NCBI RefSeq assembly: GCF_006345805.1
Contig: NC_043002.1
Coordinates: 47,802,001 to 47,866,000, forward strand
Source of the DNA: Octopus sinensis
Taxonomy: Eukaryota
Direction of reading: 5' to 3'
Length of the DNA stretch: 64,000 bases
This document shows, piece by piece, positions 51,601-64,000 of this stretch; position 1 is the first letter of the stretch; each line of letters opens with the position of its first letter. The notes beneath the pieces are model-generated. The model had not been told where the DNA came from, searched no databases, and saw only the letters and a list, made by a program, of their open reading frames with translations. A program made the translations under genes and the position numbers.

Positions 51601-54069
51601 AGCTTCAGAAACCAGATGTAAGTTCCGCATAAATTTGTCAGCTGATAATCCAAATAGAGCTACAGACCACATGTCCCCTACATGTGATTATTATTTCCAT
51701 GTTAAAATTGGTTTCATCAACAATCTACAGACATAAAATTCAATCACATAAGCACAATCATGGTCTTTATTGATCACCAGTAGCTGAACAGAAAAGCAAT
51801 GACCTTAATTAAGAGCAAAAGTCCTGCAGTTTAAGTATTGTTCAATATGCAGGAGGAGATAATAGAGAAACTGTGGTCTGGAACTTAAGAGTCACAAGAA
51901 ATGTTAGAGTGATTAGCAATCTAATAAATCCTTGAATGAAGAAAATAAACTGCTAAGATGGTTAGTTGAAAGTATTGGATAGTTCTGCTGGCTAGATGAA
52001 ATATAGGTTAGGAACTGAAATAATTGCTCTTACTCTGTGTATATTATCTGCAAAATTTGTCTTTTGCTATGTGTAAAGCGCATTGTATGAAGTATATATA
52101 AGAAACATAATAGTAAAGCTGAGTTTTGGCTCATAAATCTGTAGATGTGCAGTTTTAAACGAGAAAAAAAATGTTGAGAATATATAAGCTGTGAAAGTGA
52201 TGGAAGGTACTTGAAAAACATTTGCCAGTGCATTCAGTGAGATAGAACTACAATTCTGACAAATATGACATATGTGATACATAATAGCTGAAAAATTGCA
52301 TTGATTTGGGATTGCAGATAAAGACAGATCTACATAACTAGAGGATGACAATAGTTCAGGCTAGAATATGAGCTAATGCAGGGAAGAGATAAATAGAGAA
52401 ATATTATAAATTGAAGAGTCGTCTGAACCCCAATGTCATCATGAAAAGATAGATGTTAAAATGAATAAGATAATATTAATGCTGACAATGAATACAAAAA
52501 GATGTTAAGATAACTAAGTATCATACTTGAATTTTCTTTTCAACATAGTGTAATATGTGACGATTCTAATTAATAAAAATTGAGAAAACAAATGAATCTT
52601 TTAACTTTAAACATCATACAACAAGAATATTCATACGAATTTTAAAAAGTAAAAAGCAAAAGATTTTTTGAAAACTAACTCAATATTAAAGCAACAAAAT
52701 TTGTATAAAATACCTATATAATAAAACTAATATAAAAGATTTCAAATTCTATTATTCTAAACTAGAACAATAGAATAAAGAATAATACATGGTGATTCTG
52801 ATTGTACTATTGGAGATTGGGAAAAAGCTTAACACTGTGAGAGCCTTCATTTCAAAAGTACATTTATAAATTATCCTAAGTATTATTTAGGAATGATATC
52901 ATATAAAGACTGCCCAACCTGCTAAAATGGCAGCCAACTAATCCTCATATCACACTTTACCTTCTTAATAATAAGAAGAAAACATCAGGCAGTGCAGTCC
53001 TACATACAGACAGGATGGTCATGGGTGGAATGATCTTTGACGATAAAATATATTTTAAAGTCCATTCTATTCTTTGAAATATATGTCTCTGGTCATAGGT
53101 CTGCTCATTTAAAGGTGATGCAGGATTTAACAAGAATAACAACAACATTAACTGCAACAGTAACAACAACAACAGTAGCAGCAACCACCACCACCTCCAA
53201 CATATCCACCACCAGTACCACTAACATCACCAACATAACAACAACAGCGAATAATACCAATTTAACGACTGTTTTATCATTAATAAAACTGATTTATGAC
53301 TACTGCAAAAGTCACGAATTACCAGATGAGTTAAAATCTGTCAATTTAGATCAAATGCAAAGCACTAACAATCTCTTTGTTAACCATTATTGAAATCATT
53401 CATCTCTGAAAGAAAGACAATAAGTGAACAGGAGAATAAGATGAAGGTATTGTATTTTTGTATGTATCTTAATTTTTCTTGCAATGAAATACATTCAATT
53501 CAATGGAAATCTATCTTTCTGTTGGCAGTTTTATAATGGAAATAGCTTTCAGTTACAATCCCATTTGTTAAAACTTACACACTTGCAAATTTGAATGAAG
53601 ATAAAATATGTATCAGAGTCAGTTCAGTGCAAATGTCAATCTGTCATTATATTACACAAGGAAAGGTAATGCAGTTGTCATAGACAGTAAAGAGAGCTGC
53701 ATATTTAGTTCAATAGTTTGTGAGCCTGAATTCAATTTCCATAGTGTTGACTTTCATTTCTTTCAATTCAATAAGTTGTTTAGGTAGATTTGTTACTCGG
53801 AATCTAGGACTTGCTTGTGTTACGTTCTGTGTAAAAATGTCACTTGCATACTTCTGCAACTACATTCAGTTGACTTGCAACTACAAAACATCTTTCAACG
53901 AAATAAGAGCAACTGTAGTTTTAACTTTCTCTTATAAAAAGGTTTTGTTTCAAATAAGAAATAAATATATTAAATGAAGTTGCTGGGAAAAGTATAACAG
54001 TTTTTAATATATGTTTTGATTCTGTGTTATCTTGTTTATTATGCCCAACATTAACAGATCTTAACTTAC

Positions 54070-54116
54070 CAGTTCTATCAATGGAAGTCTTGTTCTTCTA
54101 CAAGGAGTACATTTCA
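54070..54116 (-). CDS. Candidate 47-nt coding exon (KCTPCRRTRLPLIEL)
   Basis: Acceptor tctatctgtgttaacag, consensus donor CTG|GTAAGT, one open frame (phase 1-0). Confidence 0.55.
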
Positions 54117-54442
54117 CTGTTAACACAGATAGATGTATATGTGTTGTATATACCCAGAACAGCCACTTCCAGTATTAAAGCAACATATAATACCTGATAT
54201 ACATAATGAATTATTGCACTACATTACACTGATTTCTGCTTTAGACATTTTATTTCCAATAGTTGCATCATTATTATAATTACTTCAGATAAGGTGTGAT
54301 TATCACAACAGCCTATTTACCCTATCTTCAAAAATGAAATTCTAATGTGTAATTAAGAAGTCTGGTATGACATAAACTAAAACACAAAGACGTCATACCA
54401 TTTCCTTTAAATAATTAAAAATTTTTGTAACAGAAGTAATAA

Positions 54443-54841
54443 TGTAGTAAACATTTTTTGCCGACATAGCAGTCCTGGTTTAAGACAAATGTTGCTGTAA
54501 TTTTGCCCCAGGAGACATCATCTCCAGCTGGCTATACAACACGATCTGTATCCTTATATTTTCAAACAAGGGAATCTAGCATCCTCACTCAGCTCAAAAC
54601 AATATCCGTGTAATGTGATTTCCAGGTTATTTCCCTTCATCAGCACAGAATAACCCGGAAATCGTGATACACAGATACAGTTTTGAGCTGAGTGGGGATG
54701 CTAGATTCCCTGTTTGAAAATATAAGGATACAGATCGTGATGTATAGCCAGCTGGAGACGATATCTCCTGGGGCTAAATTACAGCAGCATTCATCCTAAA
54801 CCAGGACTGCCATGTTATGTTGGCAAACAATCTTTACTACA
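54443..54841. repeat. About 400-bp imperfect palindrome (arms about 190 bp, 15-nt loop); MITE-like or Penelope-derived fold-back
   Basis: The left arm gtagtaaa...ggttattt pairs with the right arm gaataacc...tttactac around the loop cccttcatcagcaca (54633-54647). Confidence 0.9.
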
Positions 54842-56710
54842 AAGCACTGTTGCTGAATATCTCATGTTGTGAGATTTAAAAATAGTAATTTTCTAATTTA
54901 TAGAAGTAATAATATAAAATATTTAGAAGCACTAAAATCAGGAGATCCTTATATAACCAGTTATATATATATACATATATTTGTTATGTGTGATCATTTC
55001 AGTATTAATCTGTGTATCACTTAAAAAAGAAAGATTACTGAAAGTCTAACTTACTATAGTATTCACCCTGAGAATCCCTTATAAGCAAGCATACAGTGTT
55101 AAAAAGACTAAAAAATGTATCAGTGGCAGATGATGATTGTCCAGCCTCTTAGTACTTCATCTGTAGTGCCAATATCTCCAATGTCTTTCACTCTGATATT
55201 TCATATTCCTTCACCGAAAGTATACTTTAAAATGTATATTTAATACTTGAATCGTCAGTTCGCTTTGCCCACCTGTGGATAACACCTCAGATAAAGCTAC
55301 ATAAAGTTGTCAACCTTTATATCTGAATCTGTTGCAATTGATTTAACATAAATCAACTCAAAGCACATATCTGCTATATCAAAGGACACTAAGGCACTTA
55401 TCCAACAGAAACATGTGTTTGAATGGAATATGAAGAAAATACTTTAATGAATAAATTTTGAAGATGTGTAATACTCCATTCCTCATTATGATGTCTAGAT
55501 TTTATCCTCTGCATGCTACATGAAGCAAACTCAAAATTTACCTAGTGTTTATCTTAAACAGTTCTGAATGTTCCCTATCATTTGATGTGGTTGGCCAGAT
55601 CTGGTTTATATCAGAGTGCTCATAAGGTACCTGCCTGAATGTTAAATTCCTATTCCTTTACGTTATATGTACACACACACAGACAGACACATGCAGTTAT
55701 GATAAGTTTCACTGAAAAAAAATATTTACAAGAAAACTTCCAACTTTGATAATAGTTTATTAACAATATCAATTACAGTGAACATAACAATATTACAAAT
55801 GTCCATGGGAGATCATAAAAATACCAGTTTTTCTATTATCTGTAGTCATTCAGGTATCAGATCACACAAAAATTATTCAAACAATGAAAAGATTTATAAA
55901 TATATGATAGATGTTCAAACATAAACACGTGCACACTCAATTTATAATAAATCACAGAAGTATGTATATATTATCATCACATATTCATAAAATATCAATT
56001 TGTTAACATTGGCATGAGATCACAAATTTGTAGGATAGATGTATAGTCAATACAATCAACCCATGTATATGACTGGTACTTGTATAAGTTCCAAAGAGAG
56101 ATGGAAGGTAAAATAAACACTTGCAGAAAATGTGGTCAGAACATAATTAAATCCTGAAAGGCATTTGGTTTGAAATTCTCCTATAAAATCTCAGTATATC
56201 TATGTATAAAATTTCACAGGTGTATATGTAAAGATATACACATACATGCGCTCAAGTGAAGACCCCTTCTATGTCAGTTGTGTATAATTTGGTTGCATTT
56301 TTCAAACGAGGAAAATTTAATCATTCTAATTTATGAAAATTCATCTTGTGCGACATTTTTGGAGAGCATTTCATAAAGAAGTATTCTATCAATAATATAC
56401 TTTATGCATGTATGTATGTTTATTTTGTGTGCGCACGTGTGTATATATATATGTGTTTGTGTATTTATATATATATACGTATATGTTAGTTTGTGTTTGT
56501 GCATTATGTATGTATACATGCATGCATACATACATACATACATACATATATATACATATATATATATACCAAAGATCCCTTACTAAAAAAACAAATAAGG
56601 TTTAGTGCCAATAAGGGCATCCAGCTGTACAGCAATGCCTCAAATTATATATTTGTGCCACTCATGGAAGCATGGAAAAACAGATCTACAATGAATGACT
56701 GAATATATAC

Positions 56711-56770
<60 letters not shown>

Positions 56771-56837
56771 ATGTTTGTATGTATGTATATGTAAGTATAT
56801 ATGTGTGTATATAAATACATACACACATACATTCATA

Positions 56838-56892
<55 letters not shown>

Positions 56893-58886
56893 TAAATTAG
56901 AGATAAAACCACTATTAGGCAAATCATACAATGAAAAACTTAAGCCAATACATAAGATTAATTAATTTATATTATTTTAATATATCAACTGTTATAACCT
57001 TTGCCATGATAGCTGAAACAAAGTAACATGAATACATAAACTCTATATGCAACATTTATTGTGGAAATAGGTTCCAGCAGTTTAGGAATCTTTAAGGCTG
57101 TCTCTGCTTGTCTGTATGTCCAGCTGTGTATGTAAGTATTTTTAACCCAAACAAATTTCATCAATATGAAGTTACAAACATCTCTTTTCTACTCGCTCTT
57201 CCTTTTCACCTGAATGAAATGTCCTCCATTCAACACACACTCTCATGATAAAAACTATTTCATTTACTCCCCAAATGAAACCTATAATCATCAAATGGAA
57301 TATATATTTGTCAAAGCTCTAATTTATATCCTATAATTTATTTTTTCCTCATCCTTATTAATTGCCAAATCGCCATCCTTAAATAGAAACCATATTGATC
57401 TTAATCAAAAATCTCAGTTGTCCAAACCAACGCACACATTCACACACATGCACAAATACACATTCGTTCATGCATGAATACATATACACAAATACCACCT
57501 GCTTTAAGAGATAAAAATAAAAAAATTAACATCTGTACACGCACATCATTATCATCATTATTGTTTTAATGTCTCCTCTTCTCACTGGCATGGATCAGAG
57601 GAAATTTACTGAGGCGAATTTCCTAATATTTTGGGAACGATTCTCCTTTTCAAATAAAGGAAAGCAAATAATCTCAGAACATTTTATTTTCCTTCCTTTA
57701 TTTGGAAAAAAAGTAATCTTTCCTAATGTATTATAGGATCATTAAACAACCTATGTAAGGTAATAAAATATTTTCCTCTTTGTTTTTTATTTATTGACAT
57801 CACCTTATGTATTTTGTCTAATTTTTCACATGCTCCCCGAAATATATACATACACACACACATCATCATCATCACCACCATTGTCAGCCTCTAAAAACCA
57901 TATTCCATATTGGTATGGGTTGGATGGTTTGACAGGATTCAACATGTCCAAAGACTGCATTGTGCTCCAATGTCTTCTTTGACATAATTTCTATGATGGA
58001 TGCACATCTTAATACCAACATCTTTACATTGCTGTGTACTGGATGCTTTTATCATAGCACCAGCATCTTGCATTGGACATTGAAGACATACAAGGAAACC
58101 GAAAGAAAACAAACATGGAGGGCTATTAGACCAGAACAAATGGAAAATAGTAAACGGTTGGAGAAATATTTTCTTTGAAAAGAGAAAAGTTAGAAGAGAG
58201 AGAAAAAAAACGCCCAATCCATTGAGCGCCCGTGCAGGAAAACCAAGATGGTCACATGAGGAAAGGAAAGATGGCTGATGGTCACATGTGCATACAGATA
58301 TGTAGTAGAATTAAGGCCTTATAAGCATGTCACCAATAGCCCTGTACATAATCTGTCCTTCACAAATTTCTACCTCACAACCTCTCTTCCTAATACCTCT
58401 TCATTCCACTCATGTTCACAACTCAATTCATTCTCCTACACCCTATCTCCTACTCTCCTTCTGAACTCTCGTGAACATACCTACACATAGTTTGTCCCTG
58501 AAAAATCTCTCCCCAACAACATACCTTTCTAATACCCTCTCCCTTCATTTGTGTTTCCTCACTCCATTCTCCCTTCCATCTTCCACTCTCCGTTTGCACC
58601 ATTGCAAATCTACTTGCCCACTCATCCTATCAAATCTTCAGTGCCATTTGATTTCCCACAATACTGCTGCCCCTTTAAATGAGGGATTTTTCTTTTGCAT
58701 GTTACTCAGTGACACACTGGTGCTAGTTTCTTCTAATATAATATATACCTGCTAAATCACAAGCCTAATACAAAATCCCTAGCTCTAGCCTCAGTTGTGA
58801 AATTGGAACCTAGTGGATGACAAATTATAGCACTTGCTCAGTGTACCTATTCATTTAAATCACCAGTGAACTGAAACCCTCATACT

Positions 58887-58959
<73 letters not shown>

Positions 58960-59311
58960 TGTGTGTGTGTTTATAAATAAATAAATAAATAAATGGAGTT
59001 CAATACAGGTGTTATTCAAACTCTTTTACTTCAAACATATGTTTCGAAGACAACATGGGTATTATTCCAAAGGAATAATATGGTGTAAAACATTGTAATC
59101 TTCTCATCAGAGAAAGAAAGAAAGAAACCAAATTCATCAATAAGACATTTTAACAGAATGTGATGGATATGTATAATGATGAACAGAATGCTATTAAGTT
59201 TTTTTAAAAACCGTTAGAAGATATAACGTCAAAGGTAGCTTATAGAAAGAAAAGAAGAAAAGGAAAGAAATAAGCAGAAAACTAATAAAAGAGAAATATA
59301 AAGCGATATGT

Positions 59312-60066
59312 GAATTAAAATAAAAGCTTAAAGGCTTAGAAATAAATATATCTAGTGGAAGTGAAATGTAAGAAGAAAATCAATGTTCAAATTATATATA
59401 ATGGTAGATATCACTTATATGAACTAAAGGTATAGTTCTGCCAGTGTTTACATCGATAAGCACGCTCTATAAACATGTTTACAAAGGGATTCTTAGAAAA
59501 TAGAATAGAAAATAGTTCAGTATTACAGAGTTGGCAGAATTCTTTGCCTTTATCGTATGGGAATGAAATGGAGAGAATCAACCAATCTAAATTAAATTGT
59601 TTATAATGGTCTTTTAGATAGCAAATTAATTTACTAAGCCCTGTACTGTTGCATTTATTACCATCCCTAAATGTAGAGTAATGATTGAGAAGAACTACCT
59701 ATATAAAAAAAAGACAGTAATAAATGCAACTGTACAGGGCTTAGTAAATTAATTTGCTATCTAAAAGACCATTATAAACAATTTAATTTAGATTGGTTGA
59801 TTCTCTCCATTTCATTACCATACGATAAAGGCAAATAATTCTGCCAACTCTGTAATATTGAACTATTTTTTATTCTATTTTCTAAGAATCCCCTTGTAAA
59901 CATGTTAATAGAGCGTGTTTATCGATGGAAGCATTGGTAGAAACATACCTTTATTTCATATATGTGATATCTACCATTATATATAATTTGAACATTGATT
60001 TTCTTCTTACATTTCACTTCCACTAGATATATTTATTTCCAAGCCTTTAAGCTTTAATTATAATTC
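59312..60066. repeat. Inverted repeat: 350-bp arms (59312-59661, 59717-60066), roughly 95% identical by eye, 55-bp loop
   Basis: Continuous complementarity. The arm carries a degenerate LINE-like motif (STLYKxFTKxILxNRI across a frameshift) and the loop reads on as VMIEKNYLYKK. Confidence 0.93.
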
Positions 60067-60079
60067 CATGTGTTTGTGT

Positions 60080-60110
<31 letters not shown>

Positions 60111-60118
60111 ATATATAT

Positions 60119-60160
<42 letters not shown>

Positions 60161-60399
60161 TTTATATATACAGTATACTGTTCTGTGATGGTAAGATCAA
60201 CAAAAAAAAAGTATTCCATCTAGTGAGAGATAAATATTATTTAATAGACACGATATATGCTTTTATGAGCTACTATTAGTTTCATGTACTGCAGGCAGTT
60301 CAGACACCATTTTTCAATATGTCCAGCTGTGTTAAAAAAATGCTCTCTGAGTTGCTTTCATTGCATGAAACTAATACAAGCTCATAGAAACATATTTTG

Positions 60400-60473
60400 T
60401 GTTTATTAGATATATATATATATATACTTATAAATATATGATGCGTATATATATATGTATATATGAATGTATA

Positions 60474-60508
<35 letters not shown>

Positions 60509-60638
60509 GCATCATACATATATATTTAAAAGTATATACATATATATATGTATATATATCTATGTGCATCATATATGTATGTATACATATATATACATAT
60601 ATATGTCTATATATATATATATGTGTGTGTGTGCATCA

Positions 60639-60681
<43 letters not shown>

Positions 60682-60800
60682 GTGCATCATATATGTATAT
60701 ATATATTTGTATGTGTATATGTATGTATATATGTATATATATGTGTGTGTGTGTGCGTGTGTGTATATGTATAGACAAACACACACATAGATATATACAT
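60400..60800. repeat. Compound (TA)/(TG) microsatellite
   Basis: Direct reading. Confidence 0.95.
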
Positions 60801-60834
60801 ATGGACACAGATACAGACACACTCACACATTTAC

Positions 60835-60933
60835 TTGTTAGCTGTGTATAGCCTGGTTTTGAATTCGTACAGTGTTTCATATGAGGCAAGTACAAAAGTT
60901 GGCCACAAGAAGGGCATCTGTCATTTGAAAACA
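60835..60933 (-). CDS. Candidate 99-nt coding exon ([32 protein letters not shown])
   Basis: Acceptor ctttaaatttag, donor CAA|GTAAAT (moderate), one open frame, phase 1-1, compatible with 54070-54116. Confidence 0.35.
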
Positions 60934-61249
60934 CTAAATTTAAAGTCATATCACCAAATCCATCTGGACACAGTATAATTTTAGGTTCAGCACTGCTATC
61001 TTAAAAATTATTTGCATCAAAAATTTGCAGCTTACTGAAGAGTGCATGAAGGGAACACCAATCATACCATTATTTTATTTTGAAAATGCACAGTGAAAGT
61101 CTTAAAATGTTAACAGATGAATGGCATTTGAGAAGTTACTCTCATAAACCAAACAAAAGGGCTATTAGAGACATATGAAAAAACCTTAAATTATACAAGG
61201 TTGTGTTTTTAATATGTTTAAAAGAAAATCTGTTCTCTATTTATACAAA

Positions 61250-61309
61250 TATATATATAGATATGTAAGCGAGATAGATGCTACATTCATCATGATTGTG
61301 TGTCTATGC

Positions 61310-61382
<73 letters not shown>

Positions 61383-61490
61383 GTATATATATATATGTAA
61401 ATATATATATGTATATATATATGTACATATATATATATATGTATACATATATATATGTATATATATGTACATATATATATACATGCATAA
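61250..61490. repeat. (TA)n-rich microsatellite
   Basis: Direct reading. Confidence 0.95.
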
Positions 61491-61884
61491 ATGTATAATT
61501 CTATGTACATTTATAGGTGATGAGCCCACCAAGTTGTTTATAACATCATATAAAATGCCGGATTTCAGCTCTGTGCAATTTGTCTTCAAATTCACCCCTC
61601 CACCCTCACCCGATGTAATTTCGTTTTCTATAATTTCATGTAACTAGCTGTGTTCACAGAAAGAGAGGATTGTGCTCCATAGGTTCAAAAAGGCTAGGAT
61701 ACACCGCATAGCACAATGGTACCTCTTTGACCCTATGAAAAGTTGAAACCTCAATGAAATATAGGAGCAAATTTACCTACATGTATACACACACAAATAT
61801 ATATGTGTGCGCGTGCGTGCGTGCGTCCGTGTGTGTGAGTGCTAATGTATATGTCTATATAAAATGTAGTATAATGCTTTCTAT

Positions 61885-62030
61885 TATAGGCACAAGGCCT
61901 GAAATTTTGGAAGAGGCTGAAAGGATGAAAAGCAAAGTTGACTTTGGCAGAAGTTGAACTCAGATTATAAAATCAGAAAAAATGTTGCTAAGAATTTTGT
62001 CCAACATGCTAATAATTCTGCCAGTTCACC
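61885..62030 (-). mobile_element. Degenerate fragment of the SINE family at 17735-18265
   Basis: ataggcacaaggcctgaaattttgg..aaaggatgaaaagcaaagttgac..gaactcaga..tgctaag..ctgccagttc. Confidence 0.7.
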
Positions 62031-63334
62031 AATATAATATAGTATGATTTCATATAATATATTTACATGTAATCTACATCAGTATTATGCATTTAGCTAT
62101 GCTTGTATATATATATGTTTTGTCATAACAAGCAATTTTTAACTGCAAATTAATCTTTCAGAATATGTGAAATAATACCATAAATTCTTTCAATTAAAAT
62201 GCAAATGAACAATTCAAAGTATGTTTAGATTTGAGGATATTCATTATATTCCTATTTCTATTTTAGAAATTTTGAAAAATATTCTTGTACTTCAGACATA
62301 CATGTTTTCTATTCAAAATTCATGTAATCTATGTAATAATGAGATATCTTTTGAAAAGAATGTTCATATGGACAAGACAAAATCTAAGCTATGGATCTAC
62401 TGACAGTAACTGCTACTTCAAGATTTCGATTTCTATTCCTTATTTTATAAAAGTGTCTGACTTTTGCAGTGGTCCAACACCTGCGACAGTGGCGAAAGAT
62501 CATTGTACTTGATGTCTTAAAATAACCTAGAAAACAAAACAAAATATACCATTATAATATTCCGTTTCCAACTGACCATACCTTGAAAAGACACTCATAA
62601 ATATTCATTATATACAGACAGTTTGTGTGATAAGTATGTTGATGATTTAAGAAAGTGACTATTGAATGAATACAATATTTTTACAATTCTCTTCTTTTTT
62701 TTTTTTAACTGGCAATTTAGAACTAAGGACATAGACAGTCAGTGAAAAACTTTATTAGGATAATAAAAAATTAATGAAGACGTTAATGTAGTAGTGTATT
62801 TTAAATTGATAAAATTACAGTACCAGAATGCAATATTGTTATGTATATTTATGTACACACCAATGATTTAAGTATAAAGAGGTACTGGCAATGAATGTTT
62901 ATTGCCGGATAGCATACAAATTTTCATACAACAAGACTTAATGAAAATCAAGACCAAAATAACAAGGTATTCATAGCATTTTGTCCTCTTAATGTGTAGC
63001 CTGTTGAAAGTAATGACACATACAAGGTTTTATGTGTCAGCATTTCTATTTTTTGATCAGCTAAAAAAATGTTAATCATTATTCATTTATTTAAATGATG
63101 AAGAATTCTTTCCATAAATGTGTCTGTCATACATATCAAGCAAATCTCTATTTTACTGCATTGAAAGTATTCTGTAGAATAGCTTCATGATTTTTATGAA
63201 TACTTAAAGATTTGGTAACAGAGAGAAAAAAAAACATTTCTCCAAACAGCTATGCATAAAATACATAAGCCCAATTCCCATTTTTTTTATTGAGGGAGAG
63301 ATAGAGAAAGGAGGGAAGTATGTGATCTTTTCAG

Positions 63335-63497
63335 GGCCTTTGAAACTAGGAGAAAAAAAGAGAGGACGTTTTCCTCAAACCAGAGATTTGATCCAAATAT
63401 TGGTAACAGAGGAGATTTTGCTAAAGAAACCCAAGAACAAGGTGATGTTGATAAACCAACTTGGTCACTTGTGCACTTCAGTAACTATCAGTCATGA
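63335..63497 (+). CDS. Possible plus-strand terminal exon (AFETRRKKERTFSSNQRFDPNIGNRGDFAKETQEQGDVDKPTWSLVHFSNYQS*)
   Basis: Acceptor gtgatcttttcag followed by 53 open codons of protein-like composition in non-repetitive sequence. A second frame is also open and no partner exon was found. Confidence 0.25.
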
Positions 63498-64000
63498 AGT
63501 ATACTTGTTTGATTAAAAGGAAATGTTGACAAATGGAGAACAGAGCATTTAATAAGAATCTCAGACATCAAACCAAGGGTAGTAAACTCTGAGAGGTATG
63601 AACAATGCATGCATGTGTTAATTTGTTTGTACATATGTATATATGTGCACACATACATATGAAGTATTGCATTGATACCTTTCAGATAAATGGTTCATAC
63701 ATGCTTAGCATTTATATTTTAACTTTTCAAACAAAACTATTAAGTCAACCAGCAGATTGTTGCTACACTGATACCTCATTAAGTGTAACAAATTAAATCT
63801 ATTGTCATATCACAGTAGTATGGCTTGAAGAACTTTTTAAATATGTGGGAAGTTTCACTTTAAATTGTGAAAAAGAAATAGCAAGTTCTGATAATCATGA
63901 CTTTCCTGGAGTTATCAACATTGAAAGTAAAACATTTAACTAGGAATCAAAATTGGATTCCTGGCTTGGTTACAACTGCATTATAACATACATTATAACA

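Noticed and set aside
55529-55621. 93-nt open minus-strand exon candidate (QVPYEHSDINQIWPTTSNDREHSELFKINT)
   Set aside because: Its end phase (2) is incompatible with the better-supported downstream exon 54070-54116 (phase 1), and its splice sites are moderate.
61523-61650. Segment open on both strands with plausible acceptors
   Set aside because: No convincing donor on either strand and no phase-compatible partner; it cannot be assigned.

Overview
This is AT-rich, repeat-dense eukaryotic DNA. The SINE, RTE and mariner families, the very long (TA)n/(CA)n tracts and the (ATG)n-tailed retroposons look like a coleoid cephalopod (Octopus-like) genome; this is recognition by eye, with no search run. 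Most of the window is transposon debris: at least five mariner remnants, several RTE-clade LINE fragments, several tRNA-derived SINE families, Penelope-like terminal fragments and microsatellites. Nearly all ORFs in the supplied track are microsatellite or TE artefacts. Between the repeats I found a phase-compatible chain of small minus-strand exon candidates (60835-60933, 54070-54116, 43780-43826, 39881-39982, 27419-27473, 11411-11443), suggesting the window lies mostly within long introns of one gene I cannot name. The most unusual structures are: (i) an RTE LINE whose 3' UTR carries a roughly 330-bp block amplified six times; (ii) four long fold-back inverted repeats, two of them LINE reverse-transcriptase fragments copied in inverted orientation; (iii) minimal hammerhead-ribozyme-like cores in Penelope-type termini; (iv) a complete PHD-finger pattern downstream of the RT domain in an RTE ORF. 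Coordinates of degraded repeats are approximate (tens of bp).
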